From Hormoscilla sp. (lineage in GTDB: Bacteria > Cyanobacteriota > Cyanobacteriia > Cyanobacteriales > Desertifilaceae), in assembly GCA_051439505.1 (NCBI GenBank), contig JBFRWI010000228.1, positions 32,001-96,000 of the forward strand: a stretch of 64,000 nt of DNA, in the 5' to 3' direction. The translations under genes were made by a program, and so were the position numbers. The number at the start of each line of letters is the position of its first letter. The stretch's first letter is position 1. This document shows, one piece after another, positions 27,814 through 37,644 of this stretch. Below the pieces are notes generated by a model that did not search any database, had not been told where the DNA came from, and worked only from the letters and a program-made list of their open reading frames with translations.

Positions 27814-28053
27814 ATGAGAGAACCTACGGAACTAGAAAAACAACAGTATCAGCGGATGATAGAAATCTCAGATATGGCACGACAGCGATATCTAGACGCT
27901 GGAGGCGATCCTCGACGTGCAGCAGATGAGAAATACTTGACAGATTCGGAAAAGGATGAATACTTTAAATTAGGACGACAGGTTTTTGGCATTCAAGTCA
28001 TCAATGGTGAAGTCCATTGTCAAGGAAGGGTCTGGCAGTTGCCTCGTTCCTAG
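27814..28053 (+). CDS. Small hypothetical protein
   Basis: ATG lies 2 nt after the preceding stop; RQRYLDAGGDP motif. Confidence 0.65.
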   Translation: MREPTELEKQQYQRMIEISDMARQRYLDAGGDPRRAADEKYLTDSEKDEYFKLGRQVFGIQVINGEVHCQGRVWQLPRS

Positions 28054-28186
28054 TGTAGTCGCGATGGAAGGATGTAAGAAGAGGGGTGTTTCGTACCCTG
28101 ACAAGAGGCAGATACTCGTTCCGGCGCGTTTTCTGCTAGAATCAGGGAACGAGATCCAATATAGCAGTTTACTGACAGCAAGATAA

Positions 28187-29212
28187 ATGACTCGATTAGT
28201 TCACGATCAATTTGCCAAGCAATATTTCTCAGAAGTATTGCATCTCCTGGGGGAAGTCGAAATCAGCAAAGAAATCACCTCGGAAGTCAGACAAATAGAT
28301 ATTTTTTTCATCCCGGGTCCTGATGCGGCAGCCAAGGCAGAACAGATAGGTGTGCTGGGACGCTTGGCCGCCAACTGTGCCGCTGGTTTTGAGGTATTCC
28401 GCAATGCGGTCGAAAAAAAAGAAATTCGTGAATGTATGGGCAAAATGTATGACTATCATTCATTATTAGATCGCCAGGCAAGACGAGAAAAGAAATCCAT
28501 AGAAGAGGCAGAATACCCTCATCTGTGGATCCTCACTCCGACAATTTCTGATGAAATACTGGAAGGCTTGCCAGTGAAACCGGATACAGAGAACGGTATG
28601 AGAGGCATATATTCTCTGGGAGAATGCTTAAAAACCGGTCTGATAGCTATTCATCAACTGCCCCGTACCCCAGAAACAATGTGGTTGCGAATAGTGGGGA
28701 AGGGTACGGTTCAAGAGCAAGCAATGGAAGAACTAAAAGCACTCCCAAAGGATAACCCATTACGGGAGAATACGCTAGAATTGGTTTCTGACCTGCTTTT
28801 GGTCTTAGAAGCACGTCAACGAAATGAAGCAGATCTGGATGAAGAGGATCGAGGTTTGATTATGAAATTATCTTCTGTGTACTTAGAACGACTGAAAACA
28901 GCGACCGAGGAAGGTGTCCAGCAAGGTGTCCAGCAAGGTATCCAGCAAGGTATCCAGCAAGGACTCCAGCAAGGACTCCAGCAAGGACTCCAGCAAGGGC
29001 TCCAGCAAGGGCTCCAGCAAGGGCTCCAGCAAGGACTCATGAGGGAACGCCAGTACATGATCGAAAGTATCCTGCGTATGCGCTTTGGTGAGATAGATCC
29101 GCAACTCGAAGCAATTATCCCGCCATTATTAGCATTATCGGCACCAGAATATACCCCCCTCCTGCTGGAGTTATCTCGTGAAGAATTGTTGGCGAGGTTT
29201 GGAGGTGGTTAG
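28187..29212 (+). CDS. Rpn/PD-(D/E)XK-like cyanobacterial protein with QQG(L/I/V) repeats
   Basis: HDQFAKQY, EVRQIDIFF, FEVFRN, IHQLPRTPETMWLR; about 10 12-bp repeats at ~28918-29038; C-terminal LRMRFG...LSREELL. Confidence 0.75.
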   Translation: MTRLVHDQFAKQYFSEVLHLLGEVEISKEITSEVRQIDIFFIPGPDAAAKAEQIGVLGRLAANCAAGFEVFRNAVEKKEIRECMGKMYDYHSLLDRQARREKKSIEEAEYPHLWILTPTISDEILEGLPVKPDTENGMRGIYSLGECLKTGLIAIHQLPRTPETMWLRIVGKGTVQEQAMEELKALPKDNPLRENTLELVSDLLLVLEARQRNEADLDEEDRGLIMKLSSVYLERLKTATEEGVQQGVQQGIQQGIQQGLQQGLQQGLQQGLQQGLQQGLQQGLMRERQYMIESILRMRFGEIDPQLEAIIPPLLALSAPEYTPLLLELSREELLARFGGG

Positions 29213-29276
29213 TGGATAACTGACAACCTACAACCTCCCATATAGGCGATCGCGCCAGTTCCAGCCAATATAGAAT

Positions 29277-29347
29277 AACAATGGTAGGGGCACGGCATCG
29301 ATAACATCAGGGTATCAACCGAAATATATCTATTGCCGTGCCCCGGC
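29277..29347. repeat. GTAG-type REP-like repeat (gtaggggcacggcat...gccgtgcccc), copy 1
   Basis: Same arms at 31344-31414 with a different spacer. Confidence 0.8.
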
Positions 29348-29423
29348 GCCCCGGCGCCATCATTCGTGCCCCGATCGCATCCGACAGTATATCATATACA
29401 GTTTACTGACACCAAGATAGTCC

Positions 29424-29945
29424 ATGTCTACTTATAACCAGGTACTCAGCCTCGCAAAAAACCTCTCGTCCGACGACCAACTGCGACTGTTATCGGAATT
29501 AGCTATGCAGCTTCGTGACTCAATGGCATCGGACCCCGATCGCAGTTTGGCAGATCTGATTGTAAGTAAATTGAAAGCAGATCAACCCGAAGAAGTAGCA
29601 GTTATTGATTGTTACGCAGTAAATTACGGAAAATGGTCGCTAACTCTCCCTGCACGGTGGAATAACCACTTGGTAAGGACGCGCCCTTATCTTTACACTA
29701 TTCCCGGTAAAACCGCTCAAAGGTTAGGGATCGAAATGGAATTTCCTGATGCCCGAAAGCAATTTGGCTGGCATCATTTAGGTTTAGTAGGAGAAGGTTA
29801 CATTATTCAAGTTATTCCTTTTATTGGACAAATTGAGACGCGACGTATTCACAGTATTCGCTATTACCAAAATCAAACTACATCATCAGTTAGATTGATT
29901 CTTGATTCTTTGTCAGATGAGGAGAAAAATAATTATTTAGAATAG
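29424..29945 (+). CDS. Chimeric hypothetical protein
   Basis: First 42 codons nearly identical to the 26660 gene, followed by an unrelated AT-rich 3' part. Confidence 0.65.
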   Translation: MSTYNQVLSLAKNLSSDDQLRLLSELAMQLRDSMASDPDRSLADLIVSKLKADQPEEVAVIDCYAVNYGKWSLTLPARWNNHLVRTRPYLYTIPGKTAQRLGIEMEFPDARKQFGWHHLGLVGEGYIIQVIPFIGQIETRRIHSIRYYQNQTTSSVRLILDSLSDEEKNNYLE

Positions 29946-30059
29946 TGCAATGAGAACAGGTTGATATTCTGGAGGCTAACACCGTCGTGGACAGTTGCTT
30001 TTGCTTCCAAGGCGATCGGAGTACCCTTGGCAAAGCTAGCATCTCGGGTAAGCGCTTGC

Positions 30060-30120
30060 TTAGGGAGAACGCTGGATATGATACCACAATCTGTACAGCT
30101 TACGAGTTAATGGGAGCATG
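30060..30120 (+). pseudogene. PIN-type toxin C-terminal stub
   Basis: ENAGYDTTICTAYELMGA* resembles the GY..P.ICTPYELM ending of a PIN family; its stop overlaps the next ATG. Confidence 0.5.
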
Positions 30121-30324
30121 AAAATGTGGCAAGATGAAATCCTCGAAGAAATTTACAAAATTAGAGAAGAACACGCCAAGGCTTTTAACTACGATTTACA
30201 AGCGATCTGCGACGATCTGCGACGGAAGCAGGCTTCCAGTGGCACGCAAATTATTTCAAAACCCCTGAAACAACCCCGTCAGCGGAAGCACCTAGCGATC
30301 GGGGGGCGTGAAGATGCCAGTTGA
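30118..30324 (+). CDS. Small hypothetical protein (PIN-partner type)
   Basis: MWQDEILEEIYKIREEHAKAFNYDLQAICDDLR. Confidence 0.7.
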   Translation: MKMWQDEILEEIYKIREEHAKAFNYDLQAICDDLRRKQASSGTQIISKPLKQPRQRKHLAIGGREDAS

Positions 30325-30451
30325 GAAACCGGGTTTCTTTAAATATGTCGGTGGGAAGGCGAAAATATCCGCAGAAACCCGGTTTCTGGTCACGCGCGGG
30401 GGGGCGATCGCAGGGGAATGATTTTGACTAGCTAGAGAGAATCGTGTTATC

Positions 30452-30874
30452 ATGGAGAACACCTCGAAGAACGCCAACAGGCAAACAACTGCTATGACGA
30501 TCGCAAGGGAACAAAAACCTACTATAATCCGCACGGAACGGGGACTGACAATTTCAGGTACTCGCATCACCATCTATGATGTGATGGACTATGTAACGGA
30601 ACAGTATCCACCCCATTTTATCCGGGCCCTCTTCAACCTGAAACAAGAGCAAATCGATGCAGCATTGTCCTATATTGAAGCAAATCGCGATGCCGTGGAA
30701 GCGGAGTATCAGTTTGTTCTCAAGCAAGCGGAAGAGACGCGGCAATACTGGGAAGAGCAAAATCGCGAATTATTTGCTAAAATAGCTGCTCAGCCACCTA
30801 AACCAGGCATGGAGGCGGCTTGGGAAAAACTGAAAGCCCAGAAAGCCAAACGTCTAGCTCGATCGACCACATGA
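30452..30874 (+). CDS. DUF433 antitoxin-like protein
   Basis: IIRTERGLTISGTRITIYDV...QIDAALSY. Confidence 0.85.
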   Translation: MENTSKNANRQTTAMTIAREQKPTIIRTERGLTISGTRITIYDVMDYVTEQYPPHFIRALFNLKQEQIDAALSYIEANRDAVEAEYQFVLKQAEETRQYWEEQNRELFAKIAAQPPKPGMEAAWEKLKAQKAKRLARSTT

Positions 30875-31266
30875 TTTTCCTAGTAGATCATAATCTTGAA
30901 GGTCATGCTTTGATGATTTCAGGCAGTATTGCCGACCAAGGTTGGCTCGAAATGCTGCCAATTCGTTTTATGACCTTTGCAGAACTCGAATTACCCATTG
31001 CTAGCAATGACCGAATAATTTGGCGATTTGCACAGGCGAACCAAATGATATTGCTGACAGCTAATCGCAGTATGAAGGGTGAAGATTCTCTGGAACAGGT
31101 GATGCGTGAAGAAAATACACTAACTTCATTGCCAGTTATCACCATTGGCAATGCAAATCGCCTCCTGACCGATCTTGATTATCGCGATCGCTGTGTAGAG
31201 CGTATCATGGAAATTGTGCTGGATATTGATGACTATAGAGGATCCAGGAGAATTTTTGTTCCGTGA
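30871..31266 (+). CDS. DUF5615 PIN-like protein
   Basis: MIFLVDHN, NDRIIWRFAQANQMILLTANR; ATGA overlap with the DUF433 gene. Confidence 0.8.
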   Translation: MIFLVDHNLEGHALMISGSIADQGWLEMLPIRFMTFAELELPIASNDRIIWRFAQANQMILLTANRSMKGEDSLEQVMREENTLTSLPVITIGNANRLLTDLDYRDRCVERIMEIVLDIDDYRGSRRIFVP

Positions 31267-31343
31267 TGAATTTGAACCGGCGATCGCCCATCCCATGCGA
31301 TCGCCCATCCGCCCCGCTGATCGCCCCTCTGCCGTACCCTGTA

Positions 31344-31414
31344 AACAATGGTAGGGGCACGGCATCCAAAATGTTTCGGTATAAATGATAATATAACAGC
31401 CGCCGTGCCCCGGC
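31344..31414. repeat. GTAG-type REP-like repeat, copy 2
   Basis: aacaatggtaggggcacggcatc...gccgtgccccggc, as at 29277. Confidence 0.8.
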
Positions 31415-31470
31415 ATCAGTTAAATGGGGGTCGGGCCATACAAATTACTGCGGATGAGTATTTTTACTGA

Positions 31471-31499
31471 TTGACATAAGGAAAAGACTTATTCATAAT
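31471..31499 (+). promoter_or_regulatory. Sigma70-type promoter with an inverted repeat in the spacer
   Basis: TTGACA-17nt-CATAAT; ataag...cttat inverted repeat between the boxes; ~125 nt upstream of the 31624 ATG. Confidence 0.65.
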
Positions 31500-31623
31500 G
31501 GAGTATATGTTTTGTTCTGCCGAGCCGGAGTTAGGCCACTGTTGCTGGCTAACTGCCCCTAGACAGCAGTGATCGCGTATTTTCAGTCTAATCTATAGTT
31601 AGACATTCTTGAGTAGGAGTTGA

Positions 31624-32256
31624 ATGACAACGATGAGCAATCAAAACGATCCTAATGTTCAAGCCGCTAAGATTAATTTTCGTGGGACAATTATCGCTGC
31701 CGTGATAACTTCTTTGATAACTTCTTTGGTCCCATCATCGGCAGGTGTGATTGTCAACGTTCACTTAAACAAGGAGACATCAAAAACAATCCAGGGAGTG
31801 AAAACTGAGATAGAAGATATAAAATCTTCTGCTAGTTCTATTCAGGGATTTAGATCCGCTACTTATGAAGATAAAAAGGGAAAAAAGTACAAAGTATTTG
31901 GTCCCGATACAATCGCTCCAATAATCGGTGTAGGAGAAGATAGAGATGTAAAGCGACAACTGTGGACAATCAAGAGCGAATACTCTGGATTTACAGCAAA
32001 CTGGATTTCAGGAGACGCTAAAGGAAATCCCAGAATTAAGGATCAGGAATTCGCTTCACGTTTGCCCGCAGGATATGCCTATGGAACGGTTGCATATAGT
32101 TCTTCCAATGTGGGCGATACTTCTGGCGAGTGGCGTAGCGATCATCTCATTGGTGTTAAGCAGGTTGAAAATGAGCTTAAGATTTTTAAATTTCATAGAT
32201 ATCATAATCATATAACTCCTCAAGATATATTGACCCTCACGCTTGTACAAGAGTAA
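31624..32256 (+). CDS. Hypothetical protein with N-terminal TM helix
   Basis: RBS aggag; hydrophobic IIAAVITSLITSLV; no recognised family; AT-rich. Confidence 0.75.
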   Translation: MTTMSNQNDPNVQAAKINFRGTIIAAVITSLITSLVPSSAGVIVNVHLNKETSKTIQGVKTEIEDIKSSASSIQGFRSATYEDKKGKKYKVFGPDTIAPIIGVGEDRDVKRQLWTIKSEYSGFTANWISGDAKGNPRIKDQEFASRLPAGYAYGTVAYSSSNVGDTSGEWRSDHLIGVKQVENELKIFKFHRYHNHITPQDILTLTLVQE

Positions 32257-32373
32257 CTGCTGCCTTGCTAAAGTTGCTAAGTACGATCGTCCGATATGGT
32301 AGGGTAAGTTTGCTAGTTTCATCGCGACGCAACTATGATTCTCTGCGGGTCAATTAGTCTCATCTTTATGCTA

Positions 32374-32429
32374 TTAGTCGGTTTCAACCGACTTTAGCTA
32401 TTAGCCGGGGGTTTGAACCCCCGGCGGGC
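32374..32429. repeat. 56-bp double-hairpin dispersed repeat, copy 2 (may terminate chlH transcription)
   Basis: Identical to 21026-21081; lies just past the chlH stop. Confidence 0.9.
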
Positions 32430-32444
32430 CATGAGTCTAATCGA

Positions 32445-35400
32445 CTATTCTACACCTTCAATCCGATCTTCCACCTCCTGATACAACTCCCGCAACCGAT
32501 CCAAATTACTCTCCGATGTCTCCCAATAACCCCGTCCGTTCACCTCCAACAAAGTCGTGACAATCTTGCGGAACGAATGGGGATTCATATTCATCAAACG
32601 CTGACGCATAGCTTCATCTTCAATGAAGGTACTATTCACGTCCTCGTACACCCAGTTATCTACCGCACCTGCCGTCGCACTCCATCCCATTGTATTCACC
32701 AAACGCTTCGACAGTTCCCGCACTCCTTCATATCCGTGTGACATCATCCCTTCGTACCATTTCGGATTTAACAACTTCGTCCGCGCATCTAAACGCACCG
32801 TTTCTGATAATGTCCGCACTTGCGCGTTCGCTGTCGTCGTATCCGCTATGTATGATGCCGGTTGCTTCCCATCCCCCCGCAAACTCGCGATCGTCTTCGT
32901 CGGGTCGCTATCGAAGTAATGGGATACATCCGTCAGGGAGATCTCCGAAGAATCCAAATTTTGGAAAGTAACTTCCGCAGTCTTCAGCGCTGACTCGAAG
33001 ATCCGCCGATCTTCTCCCATCATACCCGGATTATCCGAGTCGAAGGCAAAGGATTTGCGTTTCAGATACATTTCCTGCAACTCCGACTCCTCTTCCCAGG
33101 TGCTGTTCTCTACCGCTAAGTTCACGTTCGCCGCATAGGAACCCGATGCATTAGAGAACACTCGCGTCGCCGCCTGGCGCAGGTGAATGCCCATTTCTTC
33201 TGCTTGCTGCAAGGCATGTTTGCGGACAAAATTTTGAGTCAGGGGTTCGTCCGCCTCCGCTGCCATCTTCACTGCTTTGTCTAGCAGGTTCATCTGATTG
33301 ATGAATAGGTCCCGGAACACCCCAGAACAGTTGATCACTACATCAATGCGCGGACGCCCTAACTCTTCTAAGGGGATCAGTTCCAGTTTGTTCACCCGCC
33401 CTAAAGCATCCGGTACCGGTTTCACCCCGACCATCCACATCACTTGCGCCAGGGACTCTCCGTAGGTTTTGATGTTGTCCGTCCCCCACAGCACTACCGC
33501 GATCGTCTCTGGATAGGCCCCGCCATTTTGGGAACGTTGCCGTTCTAACAGGCGATCGACCACAATCTTAGCGGACTTAACTGCTGCTAAAGTGGGGATA
33601 GATTGGGGGTCCAGGGCGTGGATATTCTTACCCGTAGGCAAAACATCCGGGTTGCGGATGGGGTCGCCCCCGGGACCGGGCAAGATATATTCCCCTTCCA
33701 AGGCCCGCAATAAAGAACCCAGTTCTAAATCAGCACAAACCTGTTGCAGGCAGAATTCCAGATAGTTAAATAGAGGTTTAACTGGTTCCGGGTCAACCTG
33801 AGAGTAACCTGCATCATTTAATGCTGCGATCCAGGGGGTCTTCTTCCCCATGTTAAAGAAGTTGAGTTGGGAAACCTTCGAGATCCGTCCCTCCGCGTCC
33901 GTCCGTTCCTGTACCAAGGACCCCACAGCTGCGCGAGTTGCTTCGGTAATGCTTTGCAGCAACTCCACATCCTCTAATATGCCCTTGTCATTGCGAAGAT
34001 AAATTTCATCCAGGTCCCGCCCGATCGACTCCGCGATCATGCGGGGCAAACTCTTGATTCCTTCTTCCTCTCGGTCTAAACTAGCAATGTTCACCAAGGT
34101 CGCGATCGCCTCTTGGGCAGTCGGGGGTTTGCCAATCACGTGCAACCCGCAAGGTAAGAGACGGGACTCGATCTCCATCAACTTGCCATAGACCTTACCC
34201 ACCAAGGTATCCCGTTCTTCCGGACTCATATCCTTGGCATCTTTATCGGGCAAAGCGATATCATTCTCCAGATTCACCAACCGACATTTGTCCATGATCG
34301 TATTGACGATCGGGGTACCGCGTCCGGTATCCTTGAGAGTTTGATAGGACCCGATCAACTCGGACAATTCCTGCAACCCCTTGTACAACCCCGCATTTTC
34401 CGCCGGGGGGGTTAAATAGGAAATAGTTTCCGCATAACTGCGGCGCTTAGCAATAGTTGCCTCAGAAGGATTATTAGCCGCATAGTAATAGAGATTGGGA
34501 ATGCTACCAATCAGATTATCCGGGTAACAATCCCCCGACATACCCATCTGCTTGCCGGGCATGAACTCCAGGGAACCGTGAGTGCCGAAATGCAAGACCG
34601 CATCCGCTTGCCAGAGATGTTCCAAATAGCTGTAATAAGCAGCAAACCCGTGATGGGGACTGGCAGAACGGGAGAACAGCAAGCGCATCGGGTCCCCTTC
34701 ATAACCAAAAGTCGGTTGTACCCCAATAAACAGGTTACCGAAATGCTTGCCGTAGATCAGCAAGTTCTGGCCATCGCTGTTCAGATGTCCCGGAGGCGGA
34801 CCCCAGTTTTCATGCAACCGTTCCGAGTAGGGCGTCAGTTTCTCATACTCTTCGACCGACATCCGGTAAGCAATATTCAGTTCTGGAGTCGCATACTGGG
34901 CCTGGGCGTCGTGAATGACTTCCTGCATCAGGGCCTCAGCAGACTCCGGCAATTCTGGGATATCGTAACCATTACCCTGGAGTGCCTTCATCGCTTCATA
35001 GATGCTGGCAAATACGTCCAGGTAAGCTGCACTGCCCACGTTCCCCTTATCCGGCGGGAAGCTGAACACCGTGATGGCAATGCGTTTCTCTAACTTCGGT
35101 TTCCGGCGCAGGGTGGCCCACTTCACCGCCCGTTTCGCCACTGCTTCGATCCGGTCCTGGAGGGCGATCGCCTTCCCAGTGTAGCTATCCCGTCCCGACA
35201 TGATGATGGGTTCGATCGCCCCATCCAGTTCGGGAATAGCAATTTGCAGAGCCACTTGAATGGGATGGAGTCCCAAATCGCTATCTTCCCATTCTTCCGT
35301 AGTTTGGAACACCAGGGGCAAAGCGACCATGTAAGGGCGGTTCAGGCGCTTGAGAGACTCGATGGCCTTGGGATGGTCTTGTCGGGCCGGGCCTCCGACC

Positions 35401-36422
35401 AAAGCGAACCCAGTCAGGGAGACCACCGCATCCACCAAGGGGACAGCACTCTTACCCAACTTATCCCAGAAATAGGCATTCACGGGCTTAGAAAAATCCA
35501 AACCCCCCGCAAATACTGGAATTACCCGGGAACCCATGGCTTCCAATTCCTGTACCATAGCCACATAATGGGCATCATCTCCCGTGACCAAGTGAGTCCG
35601 TTGCAGCACCAAACCCACGCAAGGGGCCAGAGGATCCTTGAGATCCTCCGATATATCATCCCGGTTGTTGTACCAGGTGAGATAGTCCTTCACCTCCTCA
35701 AACATCTGGGGGGCCAAGGGATGCCAAACTCCCATATCCGGATAGACCACCGGATCGGCGAAAGTCAACTGCTGCCGTTCCTTGAGAACGTAGTTATTCG
35801 CCAGCATCAGCAGGAAGTTTTCCAGGTTCTCCGCCGAACCCCCCAACCAGTATTGGAAGGAAAGCATGAAGTTGCGGGCATCCTGGGCCCGGTCCATGGG
35901 CATGTACTTGAGGATTTTCGGTAGGGTTTGCACCACCTTCAGCATCGAGTCCTGGAAGGACGAACCCGACTTTTCCTTCCGCTTGCGCATGAACTGGGCG
36001 ATCGCGCTTTTACTTTGCCCCAGGTTTTCCATGGAGAAACTGCCCATTTTATTCAGGCGCATCACCTCCGGCATGGAGGGGAAGACGATCGCCACATCCA
36101 GGTTATCCCGGTGGGGTTCTACCGCCGCCACCACCTTTTGGGCCAAATCTTCGATAAAAATCAGGGAAGCAATGAATATATTGGCATTAGCGACATCTGC
36201 TTGGAATGCTGCGTAATTTTCCGGATCCCGGAGTTCCTCGATCAGATAACCGCTGAGATTCACCGCCAGATTGGGGTTATGCTCGTTAAGGTCGTTAACG
36301 GCAGCAGACAGAGCACTTTGGTACTGGGACTCCAGCACCACATATACCACCTTAACCAACTTCCGCTCCCCGAGGCGATCGGGGGCAATGTGGCGAATGG
36401 TGGACTTAACAGTTGTAAACAT
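32445..36422 (-). CDS. chlH: Magnesium chelatase subunit H
   Basis: [58 protein letters not shown]. Likely ATG at 36422. Confidence 0.99.
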   Translation of the reverse strand: MFTTVKSTIRHIAPDRLGERKLVKVVYVVLESQYQSALSAAVNDLNEHNPNLAVNLSGYLIEELRDPENYAAFQADVANANIFIASLIFIEDLAQKVVAAVEPHRDNLDVAIVFPSMPEVMRLNKMGSFSMENLGQSKSAIAQFMRKRKEKSGSSFQDSMLKVVQTLPKILKYMPMDRAQDARNFMLSFQYWLGGSAENLENFLLMLANNYVLKERQQLTFADPVVYPDMGVWHPLAPQMFEEVKDYLTWYNNRDDISEDLKDPLAPCVGLVLQRTHLVTGDDAHYVAMVQELEAMGSRVIPVFAGGLDFSKPVNAYFWDKLGKSAVPLVDAVVSLTGFALVGGPARQDHPKAIESLKRLNRPYMVALPLVFQTTEEWEDSDLGLHPIQVALQIAIPELDGAIEPIIMSGRDSYTGKAIALQDRIEAVAKRAVKWATLRRKPKLEKRIAITVFSFPPDKGNVGSAAYLDVFASIYEAMKALQGNGYDIPELPESAEALMQEVIHDAQAQYATPELNIAYRMSVEEYEKLTPYSERLHENWGPPPGHLNSDGQNLLIYGKHFGNLFIGVQPTFGYEGDPMRLLFSRSASPHHGFAAYYSYLEHLWQADAVLHFGTHGSLEFMPGKQMGMSGDCYPDNLIGSIPNLYYYAANNPSEATIAKRRSYAETISYLTPPAENAGLYKGLQELSELIGSYQTLKDTGRGTPIVNTIMDKCRLVNLENDIALPDKDAKDMSPEERDTLVGKVYGKLMEIESRLLPCGLHVIGKPPTAQEAIATLVNIASLDREEEGIKSLPRMIAESIGRDLDEIYLRNDKGILEDVELLQSITEATRAAVGSLVQERTDAEGRISKVSQLNFFNMGKKTPWIAALNDAGYSQVDPEPVKPLFNYLEFCLQQVCADLELGSLLRALEGEYILPGPGGDPIRNPDVLPTGKNIHALDPQSIPTLAAVKSAKIVVDRLLERQRSQNGGAYPETIAVVLWGTDNIKTYGESLAQVMWMVGVKPVPDALGRVNKLELIPLEELGRPRIDVVINCSGVFRDLFINQMNLLDKAVKMAAEADEPLTQNFVRKHALQQAEEMGIHLRQAATRVFSNASGSYAANVNLAVENSTWEEESELQEMYLKRKSFAFDSDNPGMMGEDRRIFESALKTAEVTFQNLDSSEISLTDVSHYFDSDPTKTIASLRGDGKQPASYIADTTTANAQVRTLSETVRLDARTKLLNPKWYEGMMSHGYEGVRELSKRLVNTMGWSATAGAVDNWVYEDVNSTFIEDEAMRQRLMNMNPHSFRKIVTTLLEVNGRGYWETSESNLDRLRELYQEVEDRIEGVE

Positions 36423-36584
36423 ATGATCCTTATGATTGCGCGTTCTATTCAACCGGTCCCCTAAAAGACTGAATCCTTAAAGGGGCCCTAAGAGTTTTTT
36501 AACAGAAAAAGCGTACCAGTGAGCGTACCAGTGAGTATTTTTGCCGCGTTCTGACACATTTTGTAAAGAAACTTGTCACACTCC

Positions 36585-36602
36585 TTTACATTTATTTACA
36601 AA
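36585..36602. promoter_or_regulatory. HLR1 (RpaB-binding) motif upstream of chlH
   Basis: TTTACATT-ta-TTTACAAA fits the (G/T)TTACA(T/A)(T/A)-N2 direct repeat. Confidence 0.65.
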
Positions 36603-36729
36603 CATGAGATTATTTAATCTCGTTGATAGAAAAAACTTATATATCAACCTCTTGACAACAGAGCACTGCTGTCATAGGTTACTGTCCCACAAGGCCACAG
36701 GCTACTTATCTGTGTATTTTCAGGGGATT

Positions 36730-36773
36730 TAGGTGGGATATAGGTGGGATATAGGTGGGATATAGGTGGGATA
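36730..36773. repeat. 4 x 11-bp tandem repeat (taggtgggata)
   Basis: Read directly from the sequence. Confidence 0.9.
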
Positions 36774-36956
36774 GTCTGGGAGGGAATTATTTTTTGTTTT
36801 GCAACTGTTGTGGGGAGGCAAGTGTAAAATTATTCGGTGTCACCACCCTGTGAGGGAAGATGCCCAGAAATTACTCTCAGCTGCAGTAGGGTAAGGGCGA
36901 TAGAAGAAGATATAGCGAATCTCGGCATTGATGTAGTATATTTTATATCTCTTATT

Positions 36957-37028
36957 TGTCATTGCGAGGGGGGGGATAACCGCGATCAACTTATGCTTTA
37001 TACGTTAACCCCCCCCCGAAGCAATCTC
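36957..37028. repeat. Half copy of the tgtcattgcgag...gaagcaatctc palindromic element
   Basis: Matches the left half of the 39247-39410 element. Confidence 0.8.
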
Positions 37029-37213
37029 ACCAATCGCATATCACACAAAGGGCGAGAACTGCTATAGAAGAATATAAAGATTTGTAAAAAAGACTGGACA
37101 GCCTCAAAAAAAGATGTCATAAAAAAATTACTCCCCGCAGTTGCTGATGACGACCCACGTCGCTACCGCTAGGGGGCAAACAATTGAGAGAATGAACAAG
37201 CAAGGAAAAGGAA

Positions 37214-37456
37214 ATGCTAAAAAAAATCACGTCGAAACTCTGTCTCGCTGTTCTCGGGGTGACATTGCTTGGTCTACTCTCACTCAGCGGGGCGCCAGCG
37301 GCGCTGGCACTGAATCTGAATGTCAGTGCAGCGCCAGCGCCGCAGATGTTGTTGGCAGATGCCGCCGGTAAAGAGTGTTTACGAGATTGCATGGAAAAAA
37401 GCGGAATGGGAATAAAGGCATGGAACCAGTGTAAAGAGGACTGTAAGTCAGAGTAA
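37214..37456 (+). CDS. Small secreted protein with twin CxxxC motif
   Basis: RBS aaaggaa; signal peptide ending in ALA; CLRDC...CKEDC. Confidence 0.7.
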   Translation: MLKKITSKLCLAVLGVTLLGLLSLSGAPAALALNLNVSAAPAPQMLLADAAGKECLRDCMEKSGMGIKAWNQCKEDCKSE

Positions 37457-37644
37457 GTAGGGTAGGCACCGCCCACCATCAGCTGCCGATCCCCCACGAC
37501 TAGCTACTGGTACGGTATAAAGAATTGCATGTCACCCAAGACATGTGAGGACAAAAAATGGTCCGATCGGGCTGTGCGATCGGGGGGCGATCCTTACCAT
37601 CGTCAGGCACGTCATCAAGTATCATTCCTCTCCTGATGCTCTTT

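Noticed and set aside
28918..29038. QQGL 12-bp repeats as a novel feature
   Set aside because: Common low-complexity linker in this protein class.
34511..36464. Long antisense ORFs over chlH (up to 226 aa)
   Set aside because: Expected antisense shadows of a codon-biased gene; no motifs.
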